Source of the DNA: Veleropilina oligotropha
Taxonomy: Eukaryota
Assembly (NCBI GenBank): GCA_048128005.1
Contig: JBEUKZ010000070.1
Coordinates: 372,001-409,655, forward strand
Length of the DNA stretch: 37,655 bases
Direction: 5' to 3'
Under the pieces are notes generated by a model. That model saw only the letters and a program-made list of their open reading frames with translations, had not been told where the DNA came from and ran no database searches. The translations under genes and the position numbers were made by a program. Positions within the stretch are counted from its first letter, which is position 1. Each line of letters begins with the position of its first letter. Below, piece after piece: positions 1 through 9,904 of this stretch.

Positions 1-43
1 CAATACTCTGGCTTGGGCAGGTATGCGGCATGTTCCTGTGGCA
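1..43 (-). pseudogene. Continuation of the PolB-like ORF beyond the TIR-element insertion
   Basis: Removing 50-1063 plus one TATACA copy gives ...GGC GAA CAG CTG TAT ATG CCA CAG GAA CAT GCC GCA TAC CTG CCC AAG CCA GAG TAT = GEQLYMPQEHAAYLPKPEY, open to the window edge. Confidence 0.8.
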
Positions 44-49
44 TATACA

Positions 50-1063
50 CAGCCCTCGGAATTAAGGTCGGCATTCGGCAATGCCGACCTCGTTGCCGAC
101 CTGCAAGCGTACGAGGTCGGCAAAAAGTTGCCGACCTCGATTTATCTTGCTAAAAGGTCTGTTCATATATATTATACTAATTACAATATTTATTCATAAC
201 TTGTTAAGTTGTATCTCTTTACCTACTTTGTATATTGTGCATCCTGGTTGAAATGTTCACCAATAAATCGTTAACATCACAAGTTTTCAACACAAGCGCT
301 CCATTCGCACATGTACGCTATTTATAAATTACTAGGTCACGGATTCAAATCGCGTCTCCAAAATAATACGTGCTATGTTTCCAACTTACAATGTGGTAAT
401 CTTTCTTATGGATAAAATGGCATATAACCAATTTAAGACACCATTTAATGATTAAATATTAAGTTAAATAGATTTAGAGACTTATGAACTTTATCCCAGA
501 ATTGGGTCTACTTGTACTTAGTATTTATTCAGATTCAGATACGAACACGCAGCGCGTCGGTCGCTGCGGGGTACGCGATTAGTGACCACGGCCAACGGGC
601 AGAAATAACGTGTACAATTTGACTTAGCAATAAGATTCATGAGCTTGAAACTGCCTGTCATATATTTATTCCACGCGCTTATTGTAAATAAAGATATTTG
701 CTGATTCTATTGTCACTTTATCATCTACCAAATGGAGATTTAAAAAAAGATTTTGCTACTCAATATTCGTCACGCGAACAGGTGAGGTAAACGGTAACAC
801 GTGCGCGATGCCGCGTGTGTGGGAGTCTCCCGTTCGCTCAAAATTTAAACAATATCATATGTTGGCTAAATAGCAAATTAATTCAAGATAAATATACAGA
901 GAAACAATGGTTAAAACATTCTTAAATTATGTATTTAAACAAGATTTAAGCATTGTGTTAACAGAAAACAGTTTTAAAAAATTTGCCGACCTCGTGCCGA
1001 CCTGGTTGGACTTGAGGTCGGCAAAAATATGCCGACCTGGATTTTTCCTAATTGCGAGGGCTG
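50..1063. mobile_element. Non-autonomous TIR DNA transposon (hAT-like ends), 1,014 bp, 6-bp TSD
   Basis: TIRs CAGCCCTCGGAATTA (50-64) and TAATTGCGAGGGCTG (1049-1063) match at 14/15. TSD TATACA at 44-49 and 1064-1069. Clusters of TGCCGACCT/AGGTCGGCA subterminal repeats at ~65-138 and ~983-1038. AT-rich non-coding interior. Confidence 0.92.
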
Positions 1064-2747
1064 TATACAGCTGTTCGCCCTTGTCACGCCACTGGGCCGG
1101 TGCTACTGTCGGAAGGTACGGCTCCCCGATCAGACATGAGACGCACGATTGGCTGCGACAGTCGCAGAGTCGGGGGGCAACGTACGCCGTGACATCGTCG
1201 AGCTTCTCCAATGAGGCCTTCTTGAGGTAGATGCTGTCAGTGGCTACCCGGATGGCTTCCGCTGCACTGAAACGCTGGACCATGCTCAAGAGGTTTATGT
1301 GGGCATAGGCCAACATGCTGGCCCTCAGGTGGGCGTACTGTGGCTGCGAGCCATCATAGTACGTGAGGATGTGCCCCATAGGGCACCTTTGAGGTGCGCC
1401 GACCAGGGTACCGCTTTGGCGGGTGTCTCGTACCAGGAAGTCGAGCTCTCCCTGGTCAATCACAAGCCTCCGTGTCAATCGTTTACCCTCGGCCTTGGCG
1501 CCTTGGGTGAATTTGCCGATGATACTGCAGCCCTGGTCACGATTCTCCGGAAGCCAGACATCGGTCTGGGCTTTGAACGCGATGATGGCCTCTCGGATCT
1601 TGAGGCTTTTTAGCAGTCCAGATTCTACGAGGAAGGCGAGCAGCAGGGTTGGTGCCCAGCTATTTTCTGCAAAGTGCTTGCCAAACCAGGCGGGGATGAC
1701 GGGGTGGATGTATTGTGCGAACTCCCACCCCACGACCTCAGCAAACCCGGTGCCGATATCTTCGGGAAGAGGACCGTTAATTGCGACCCGGGTCATGCTG
1801 TGGAGTGGGTGTCCGAATCTTTCGAAATAGGGCTTAGCCTCGCCCTTCCCCAGAAAGCTGGCAGGGTAGCAGGCTTTCATATCGATGCAGCAGACATCGC
1901 CCGTGTCGTAATTCATGGAATTCCAGAGACCGCCGTGGCCATGCTCTACGCAGGCCTTCTGGATATCATCGAGCAGGCCCGCTGGGGTAGGTTTCCAGCC
2001 GTTGTGCTCCTTAGCCATAATGCTAGCTGCATGGTTCTCGCCAAAGGCTCGATCGGCTAGGGACTCATTCCCCAGCGCTGTACAGGCTTCTTGAAGTCTC
2101 TCGTGAGCCTCTTTTGTCCGGTACGTGCGGCCGTCTTGCAGCACGAACTGGTCCACGTTGAGCTGTCGGTCTGTACCGCCTAGGAGCCAGACAGCCAATG
2201 GCTCATTATGTGTGGCTTGTCGGATAGCTTCCCAGACATCGCCCTCATACAGGTGGACCTCGCGAGACTGCGGAAAGTGCAGCTCTTTGGACCATGCGTG
2301 GCCATTGTGGCAGATGAGTTCTATGGACTTCCACATACTGGCCTGGTATTTTCTGCTGTTGAAGAAGTCCTCGCCGGCGATGTCTCTCAAGACAATCGCC
2401 CGCTTCAGTATCTTCTCGAGGATTGATATATCATCCACAGTGGCGCCTGTTACATGGACTCGCTCTTCCCACTCCAGTATTTTCTGCCGCCTTGTCGGGG
2501 TGAGTCCGTGTCCTCTAAGGGCACCTTCGAAGTGCTCAACCACTCGTTGGGCAACGCAGTTGAGGTCGCCGTTCTTCATCGGAACCAGGTTGGCGGGGTT
2601 TGGTTCTCTGAGAGGATAGACGCCGTAGACGACTGCAGTGACCGGGTAGGCATTCTCGTAGTAGACCTTGTCGACCCCAGTGATAGCACCCGGCTTAGTG
2701 TCCTGAGAGATCTCAAAGACACCCCTTTCCCTTCTTTCTCGCAGCTT
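1064..2747 (-). pseudogene. polB: Divergent family B DNA polymerase (protein-primed-type architecture), interrupted by the TIR element; corresponds to ORF 927..2579, whose last ~45 aa are read-through into the insertion
   Basis: Motif A-like IDMKACYP (~1863-1886), motif B-like RDQGCSIIGKF (~1509-1541; cf. KxxxNSxYGKF), pre-C helix LRASMLAYAHINL (cf. IAAFITAYAR) and motif C-like VATDSIY (ATDS at 1233-1244), in the correct order and spacing. The frame stays open upstream of ATG 2579 to 2747 (KLRERRERGVFEISQD...NLVPM). Confidence 0.8.
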
Positions 2748-3510
2748 TCACCGGGTCAAACTTGTCTTCGACCACCCAGTCGCCTTGACCCCACTCACGC
2801 AAGAACTTTATTCTAAGGACATACTCGCCCTTTGGAAGGGCTGTGAGGAGCTGTGCCGCCCTTGCATCTGTCATACGGGCATCCAGGGCCGGTGCGATCT
2901 TAATGTCCACTTCTACCCTCCATGTGGAGAAAGCCGCCGCGGCGCCATCGACCTCAAACTCGTCTTTGGCGTCGCTCAAGAGTTCCACCCATGGCTCTTT
3001 TGCTGGGAGCCTTACTGGGGGAGGGACCTGGTCATCCAGGTCGATGAATCGTTGTCCCTCGGGTGTGGTAAATTGCCCTAGAAGATCCTTTTGGTAGTCC
3101 TGGGCTGTCCGGGGCGTTTTGGAGATGAGAAGATCGGGCCCCTTCCGAGCAATAGCATGGGCAAGGGTCTCTTTCCGAGACCGCTTGACGATTCGATCCG
3201 TGATGGCGCGAAGTGGCTTCAGTCGAATCCCCGGCGTTTTCTCAGCCTGGGATTCGTATTTACGAGCCTGCAGGGCGGCGTCGACCTCGGCCTTAATCTG
3301 CCGCAACTCGCGAGCACGTCGGCCTCTTTTGTGGGGGTTCTCCACATCTCCACGTATGGAGGGGAACCTTCCCGTTTTCATCGCCCGCTCGAGTCTGCTC
3401 CGAAACTCCGCAGCATGGACCCTGGCGATTGCCCTGATGAGGTCGTGCTTCTTGAGCTTCGACCGAGCGGGAATCCCATAATCTTTCGCTAAATTGCGTA
3501 GTTCATCCAT
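2713..3510 (-). CDS. Protein with N-terminal Rho_N/HEH-like nucleic-acid-binding motif; probably the frameshifted N-terminus of the PolB ORF
   Basis: MDELRNLAKDYGIPARSKLKKHDLIRAI fits the ELxxLAKxxGIxxxSKLxKxxLIxxI Rho_N-like pattern. The region is basic, and its 3' end overlaps the open PolB frame. Confidence 0.7.
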   Translation of the reverse strand: MDELRNLAKDYGIPARSKLKKHDLIRAIARVHAAEFRSRLERAMKTGRFPSIRGDVENPHKRGRRARELRQIKAEVDAALQARKYESQAEKTPGIRLKPLRAITDRIVKRSRKETLAHAIARKGPDLLISKTPRTAQDYQKDLLGQFTTPEGQRFIDLDDQVPPPVRLPAKEPWVELLSDAKDEFEVDGAAAAFSTWRVEVDIKIAPALDARMTDARAAQLLTALPKGEYVLRIKFLREWGQGDWVVEDKFDPVKAARKKGKGCL

Positions 3511-3548
3511 CCTGTGCTGGGTGGGTATACACTATGGACAGCGCCTCT

Positions 3549-3836
3549 CTAATAGGAAATTTGGGTGAGGTACATTGCAGCCATGCGGAGAAACTCTCTC
3601 TCGAAGGCCCTGCTCTTTCGTTGACAGTCCTTAACGTTCTCATTGTGATACCCACAGCCCTGACACAGCGTAAACCGGTTGAAAACGCCTTTGCCGCATT
3701 TGATGCAGGGTTTTGTGCCCCGGCCATTTCGCCGTTGCCGAGCCAGGTGGACTTTGCAATACTCGCTCAGACATCTCTTACCACATAGCTCCGTGGAGCT
3801 GATGGTGAGCCATTGACAGGTGTCCGTTCCCCACAT
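3549..3836 (-). CDS. Small Cys/His-rich putative zinc-binding protein (likely start ATG 3836; ORF can extend to 3917)
   Basis: CQW...CGKRCLSEYCKVH...CIKC...CQGC pattern. Lies 38 bp upstream of the Rho_N ORF on the same strand and shares an upstream TATACCCAC motif with it. Confidence 0.6.
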   Translation of the reverse strand: MWGTDTCQWLTISSTELCGKRCLSEYCKVHLARQRRNGRGTKPCIKCGKGVFNRFTLCQGCGYHNENVKDCQRKSRAFEREFLRMAAMYLTQISY

Positions 3837-3950
3837 CGTATCCTTTGCAGTGGGTATATCCTGTGATATGGGTATGTCTAAAAGCGAGCCCGGTGCACGG
3901 CGAGAAATAACCGGCATGTTAGACGTTGTGTAGTTATACTTGAAAGCAAC

Positions 3951-4151
3951 ATGCCACAGGAAGACATTCCTACGCTGTACAGCGAACGGAGCTTCAGGCG
4001 CGTTAAAAACCTCTTAAACCGGGGCTATAACGTTTTGATCGTTGCACTCGACAATGGTGAACAAGCGATATATAAGAAGAAGACCAAAGACGGTAGAAAG
4101 GGAGTTGCACGAAATCAAACTCACCCCCCCTGCTACTGCTCGCATAACTGA
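3951..4151 (+). CDS. Hypothetical small basic protein, divergently oriented
   Basis: 66-aa ORF with a plausible start context (AAGCAACATG) inside the virus-like element. No recognisable domain. Confidence 0.3.
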   Translation: MPQEDIPTLYSERSFRRVKNLLNRGYNVLIVALDNGEQAIYKKKTKDGRKGVARNQTHPPCYCSHN

Positions 4152-4486
4152 GGAGCCCGGGCCGGCGAGGGTAGTGGGCCGTCCCTGGGGGCTCTATGCA
4201 CACGGTAACTTTTTGTAATACACGATATACCCTCGGGTCTGAAAGGGTGCTGGGAGCCTCCACAGTGGGCCCCGGGGCCCTAGTCTAAACTCCCTAGTCC
4301 CCCTCAGTAATACCAGCTCAGTTCTGAAATAGTGCTGGGAGCCTTATTTTCCCATTCTAAAAAGTCCAATCACCCAATCACCTGCTGCTGAGTTGAGATC
4401 CATATTAATTCTGAAAAGGTGCTTGGAGCCTTAATTTCCCTCGCCGCGCCCCCACATAAAAGGTATGGTCACCCCCCCCTGCTGCT
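4121..4486. repeat. Terminal repeat region of the virus-like element (candidate TIR)
   Basis: TCACCCCCCCTGCTACTGCT (4121-4140) resembles TCACCCCCCCCTGCTGCT (4469-4486). Three TCTGAAAnnGTGCTkGGAGCCT repeats at ~4238, ~4323 and ~4410. Perfect palindrome GGGCCCCGGGGCCC (4267-4280). Tandem CCAATCAC (4366-4382). Confidence 0.65.
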
Positions 4487-4587
4487 ACGATCGATTGTAA
4501 TTTGGATAAATATAACAGAAATGATATAGTTGGGTTAGTCAGTAAGTTAACTGTATGGAATCGTGAAAGTAACTTACCTTACAATCA

Positions 4588-6327
4588 TCACAATAAATCG
4601 TCCGACACTTGTTCTGCAAAATCTTCTATCGAGTAACTTTCAGTTTCATCGTACATGATGTCGTCATATACAGCGTTTGCCTGTTCGAATTCGACGTCCG
4701 ATTCATCATCAATTTCTATTAAAAGTTCCGATATTTCCCCTGGGTAAGGTATTTCGACCCATTTTATTCGAAAATCGCCCATCCATCCACTTTCTGACAC
4801 CGGGGGCAGCGACAAAATAGGCAGATCAGATAGTCGCCACATACGTGCTATATAGTTCGCACGCATGCAATGGAGCACCAGAGACGACCTACATGGAGGC
4901 AGAAAGCAAAGGTCGATTATTTTGCCGCGTTTATAATTACTCCAAAATATGTTGTACCTTGCTTCATTGACACTGTTGCATTTTTTTTGTCCATAGAAGA
5001 GGCATACGATTTTCTCAAGTTCATCTTGGAGATTGTGTGACACTTCCGGTTCTGTGCCTAGGCGACAGAATGACTCCAACATGTTCTCATCATCCTTAAT
5101 TTTCTCCCACAAATTTAATTTACCTTTGTAAAAGAAAGCTGAGTTGTAATCATTCCCAGTTAATGCATGGAAGCCTGTGACGGCCTTTTTCTGTGTTGGA
5201 CTCATTGATGATTCACAAATGTTCAAAACTTTCCTAGACTTTCCTGTGCCATTGTCAATGTATATCTTCAGATTTTCGTGTTGGATGTTTAAGAGGACTA
5301 CGGGAATGTCAACGTCCCCAGATGGTGACCGTACCAAACATACCGTTTTCTGCCCGCTGTTACAATCCGCAGCATGTTTTGCCAAGTACGTGATCATCAT
5401 GTCGGCCTCCATGTGGTCGGTGGACAGGCTGTCTACAGCAATGACTCCATTACCCGTAATCCTCAGACATTTCGAGCCCGTGGTGTAGTAGACAATTCTG
5501 TCACCCTGATTACCTCTCTCTTCTACAAGTACGTCCTTTATCCTTTCCAGCATTTGTTGTTTGTTGCTGCTGTTCTTCATGAAGGTTGAAAAGTCCGGAA
5601 TCTTCATATCTGGCTTGGATACATTGTACTCGGTGGTATTTCTATGATCTGCTCTTCGTGCGTGCTCTGCATTCTTAATGCTAGCACAATCATAACGATC
5701 GCACGCAAGGTACACAGTTTTGTATCGTGTGGGTATGCCATTCAGCAGGCGTCTGGCTAAGAGTCTGAATGTATCCGGAACATTGACCATAGCACGTATC
5801 TGGGCTATAACATCTAATATATATACGACGTTATGATCTGGTGGAGGCTGGTTGCTTGATGGTATTTGCAAAACATCCATCAACTTGGATTTCACAGTTT
5901 TTCTTTGTGTTCCATCGGATGAGGCAAGGGACAGAGGAACGGGTGCCAGAGGATACGACAGGGTGGCCTTAAAGTCAATGGGTTTCTCCATCTCTGTCGA
6001 TTTGGCTGCCAGCATTCCCAAAATGTCTCTTTGAAGGGCTATATCTTTAACCTTCCCACTTTTTGATTTCACGGTACATTTAACCACGCCATCTTTGAAA
6101 GACTTCCATGGGACACGCGATATAGGGTCAAAAAATGCACTTGCCCCATCTTTCCCGGTTAAGCGTTCTGAGAACTGTTCAAGTTGCTTCGCACCACGTT
6201 TGTGACAGGACAACAACGTGTCAGCTGCGGTCTGTTCAAGAGGCTTCCCGGACACGAGATTGAACAGGTTGGCGGGATTCAGTGATTTGTCAAACGGCAT
6301 GACAAAATATTGAGTGATTGTCTGCAT
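4588..6327 (-). pseudogene. C-terminal XPG/FEN1-like PIN nuclease fragment of Academ ORF with acidic tail
   Basis: LSYPLAPVPLSL, YILD, CDRY...SIK..E, HMEAD, SGDVDI, FHALTGNDYNSAFFYKGK (H3TH-like) and LPPC...LH..RANY...W. Confidence 0.8.
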
Positions 6328-8596
6328 TATGTTTTTCCACTGTATTCTCAGATTTTTTAATTTGGCTCGGCCTTAAGCTTTTTCGTGGATTCGCTGCAAT
6401 GTCCATATCTGCCAGTTGAATTAAGGCCTCAACCATCTGGGCTGCGTAGGGACGGTTTCTGACCCACTTTTCGTAGGAGTCTGGACGATTCGACAAATTC
6501 CGTAGACCACCTGCTGTTTTGGCGCTCCGCATGAACGTCTGTTCTCCACCTGCATCTATACTTTGGCCAATGCCATCATCGTTTCGACAAACCGATACTG
6601 TGCTCATTTCTTTTCTGGCGCCCGGGTGGGTATGATCTAGATTCATCAATTGCTGACAGTAGTATGATCCATATCGAGCGTAGTTCGTTTTATTCATGGA
6701 AAAGTAAAATGGTAAGAACTCTTGCCAGCATCGTAGACGAGCATCGAAGTCATTCAAATTTATCGCAGAGTGCATGACTAACTGCCGGTCTATCATGTCC
6801 ACATACATCATCCAATATCGTGGTGTCGCGCCCATGCATCCATTCAGACATTTGGTCTTCAACGATGCGTATTTTTGATGAAATTCATCCAGTATTCCGC
6901 TCTGTAGTAATGCCCTACGAATGTCGGTTTGATCCGGTACCCCAGAGATGAATTCAGTTATTTGGCGCATTTCTTCGCTCATGTATGCACTCACGAAAAA
7001 TCGATCGATAGCCTCGGCGAACGCCTCATGCGTAGTCCATGCCCGATTATAATGCTTGCCGCTGAGGATACCTCGTATGGTACCGGTATGTGCTTCTCCA
7101 GACTGAAAAACTATTTCATCGAAACCGCTCCCCTCGACAAACTTTCCAACCACTGAAAAGTTCTCCATAAATGCGTGCATGTCACCCAGATGAATTATGA
7201 CATTTTTTAACGTGATCCGGTTGTTCCATACGACATGCAGAAATTTAGAAGCAGCCCCTACGTCAGCGACGATCTGTACATATTTCAAATTGCAATGCTC
7301 CGCCATTCGCTGTGATTGGTAAATGCATTCAGTTACTGTACCGTAGTCGGTTATGGGTCGCATAATTGGAGGTAGGAAAGTCATATAAGTTTTTGGATGC
7401 ATGGGGTTGGCGTATTGCTCGATTATGTGACCGCTGAATCGAGGTATTATTTGGTTGGATAGCCCATGATACTTTCTCATTGTCTTCCAGAGAAAAAGTT
7501 CTCGTTCGTTTTCTCGAGCCGCCAGTTGGCTTGATGGTGGAGTAGACGGGAACGTCGGTGGAGGAACATGGGGATTTATCTTACAAGCTGGTAGTGTCGT
7601 AGCTTGTGCATGATAGCCTCTGCTTCTTTGTACATCAGTCGATGAGACAGAAGGGCGCGCTACAGCACCTTCGCCGGATTCTTGCCAACCGATACCATGA
7701 GTTGTATGAATTCCTCCACTTTGGTTTTCTTTATATTCGTCGTAGTTGTCCCACCAGAAAATAGTGTGGACGACGTCTTGGTCGGTCTTTGGAATAAGCG
7801 GCAGTTCATAGCCATCTTCTGACAGTTTCCGCGCTAGTTCTGCCTGTCCCGCTTCAATGGCCCTGATCGTATCATATTTGATACAGTGTCCGAATCTCGC
7901 CAAAATAGAGACTGGGATTTTCTGGCCAGTTAGACTGTGTAAACCTGTACCTAGCATGACATGTTTTTCAGTGAAAAAGGAACCTCCGGAGTAACAAAAT
8001 ATAATATCCTGCGCCACTGAATCGGCAAATCGTTTGATTTCTGTTCCCGGGACATGGTGGTATTTCTTGTTATGTAGTACATCCAATATGAAGTCGATGA
8101 GATGACCAGGTGCCTTGCGATCCTGTCGCCGTAAGGCTTCGGTTGTTGGAGGCCATGGCAGTGGTTCAGCATTGCCAATTACTTCGTCCATTTCCCGCTG
8201 TAGAACCCCTGACACGCGATCGAAGCACATGCGATCATTATTCTTCACAAACCCTTTGGCATCTACATTCGTGATGGACGTCAGACTAATGACAATTTGT
8301 ACAGAATCATAGTCCACTGTCACATACAGTAGCTGGTCTGGAAACAAAGTCTGCAATTTTTCTTTCACTTTGCCTCTACGATGACTGTCATCCGGATCAA
8401 ATCCGTACAGTTCGGTGAGCAGACGCAATGAAACGGATCTTCCGTTATCAATTATGTTTTCCTGCACAAATTGCTTCAGTTCTTGAAGTTTGTCGGGGTT
8501 TGGTTGGTTATAATCTTCTGTCGCATCAACGGAATTTGTTGGTCGACGATTGCTCGATATATTTCGTGTATAATCACGGAAACATTTACGGTGCAT
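6290..8596 (-). pseudogene. Central transposase fragment of Academ ORF
   Basis: Motifs WDNYD, GIHTTHGI, IVADV, HLGDMH...GSGFDEI, GKHYNRA, NYARYGSYY and SIDAGGEQT, characteristic of Academ-type transposases. Confidence 0.8.
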
Positions 8597-8637
8597 CAGA
8601 AATTATCGTGCTATGAGGTCTTGTCCTCGGATTTTTG

Positions 8638-9108
8638 TCAGCATTTCTTCGTCGCCGGATATTGACGCCGCATCAAGAACAGATTGGCATGCATTTTTCG
8701 TGCCAACGTTGCAGGCATTTGCCTTTCGCCACCATGTTTGATAACATTTGGTGACAGGCATTTGGGATGCATGCAGTGTTTTGGAAACAGAATAGCGGTG
8801 GGAGCCACAATTTCACACCTTTTCTTTCGTGTACTCGGTGGAGTTTCCATTTCTATTTTCCGCCCTTTCTTTTTGAAAACTGATATAGCCATCGTATACT
8901 TTTTGTAACACGACTGGTGACATGTATAACATTCGTCAAAGGCCATAGGGATGCCCCCACCTTGTGGTTCATGGCTGTTGGCTCCGCTTAGCCGCTCTCT
9001 CGCATTCTTGGCTTCAAGGAGACGGTCATACTTTTCTCTTGTCAATGGCAACAAGTTATCGTCATCCGTTCCAATTCCTTGATAATGCACTACACATTTC
9101 ACACTCAT
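8638..9108 (-). pseudogene. N-terminal fragment of Academ ORF (Cys/His motifs)
   Basis: CVVH...HQSCYKKYT and CMHPKC motifs. The HxxCY/F motif recurs in the next fragment (HRKCFRDYT). Confidence 0.7.
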
Positions 9109-9730
9109 TATAAATTCAGAAAATAATTATTCCAACTCGACAGTCAATATAAGAATGAGGCTATATATCGGGGAGCTTGACTTCACAATAATATGAAATT
9201 ACTCTATCGAATATCACATTGAAAAGCCATCTAGGAATGAACGGTGATTTTGAAGGTAGTAGGACTAAGACAGTGAGTTTACTTGAAAACTTAAACTCAT
9301 GATAAGAATATACGTCATCACCGAATTATCACAGGCTCTTAAATACACCAACATGGGCTTGCATGTCTTCAATACCATAATCTGGACAATTTTCGTATTA
9401 TCGCACACATTATTATATATGGCTGCATAAATTTACCGAAACAGAAAATCGTTAATCATACGCAACAGAAGTCGTGTCATCCTTGTCCAGATCGATTTTC
9501 CGCATCTTTCTGGTCGAAAGCTATTCATACCGATGATCGCTTTCACGCATGTTTCTAGTTTGCGTCTATTGGCTGTGACTTAAGGTGCTCATTTAATTAT
9601 AAATATATAAACATTTTATGCATGCTTGTTACCAGGTAGCTCCTGAATTACAATATTAAAACCCATCAGTCACGAAAATTATGGAAGCGCATACAGAAAA
9701 CTAGTCTGAAGTCAGTGGATTCGACACTTA

Positions 9731-9904
9731 TGACGTCACATGTTAATGTTATCGGATTATGACGTCATAGTTTAGGTTCCTAACGATTCTAGAGGATGTT
9801 TTACCCATCTTAGCACGATTATATTCAATTTATATGACAAACACATATTAATTTTCTCATTTCGTTGATTTTACCTTTTGCCGACCCTTGGTGACCTTTG
9901 ACCT
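9731..9904. promoter_or_regulatory. Motif cluster in the Academ 5' region: two TGACGTCA (CRE-like) palindromes and one TGACCTTTGACCT (DR1-like)
   Basis: TGACGTCA at 9731-9738 and 9760-9767; TGACCTTTGACCT at 9892-9904. Function is not demonstrated. Confidence 0.3.

Larger units (their letters stand above)
1..4486 (-). mobile_element. Right part of a Polinton/PLV-like (virus-like) element carrying a divergent pPolB; continues beyond the left edge of the window
   Basis: GC-rich, compact, intronless gene block (PolB-like, Rho_N-like and Cys-rich ORFs). It ends abruptly at ...CACCCCCCCCTGCTGCT(4486), i.e. 5'-AGCAGCAG on the - strand, matching the AG...CT short-tandem termini known for Polintons. 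AT-rich Academ 3' sequence follows. No integrase, capsid, ATPase or protease gene is visible in this part. Confidence 0.6.
4588..9108 (-). pseudogene. Academ transposase-XPG/PIN nuclease polyprotein (~1,500 aa), broken into three ORFs
   Basis: ORFs 9108-8638, 8596-6290 and 6327-4588 join via a 1-nt frameshift near 8694-8702 (restoring NACQSVLDAASISGDEEMLTKIRGQDLIAR*FLMHRKC), an in-frame TAA at 8605-8603, and a 1-nt frameshift in the T5 run at 6332-6336 (VENIMQTI). Confidence 0.82.

Noticed and set aside
33..44. 12-bp match ATGCCACAGGAA (MPQE) between the restored PolB frame and the start of ORF 3951
   Set aside because: Similarity does not extend on either side; treated as chance.
927..1063. 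C-terminal ...ALAIRKNPGRH...CLNT of the 550-aa ORF
   Set aside because: Read-through into the inserted TIR element; the true frame continues at 43-1.
907..3788. Plus-strand ORFs overlapping the PolB/Rho_N genes
   Set aside because: Antisense shadows of GC-rich coding sequence with no recognisable motifs.
5177..8908. Short ORFs antisense or out-of-frame to the Academ gene
   Set aside because: Shadow ORFs with no independent evidence.
1064..9108. Casposon or bacterial/phage origin for the PolB + nuclease neighbourhood
   Set aside because: No Cas1 motifs. The nuclease belongs to an Academ-type ORF, and the flanks are eukaryotic SINE and satellite DNA.
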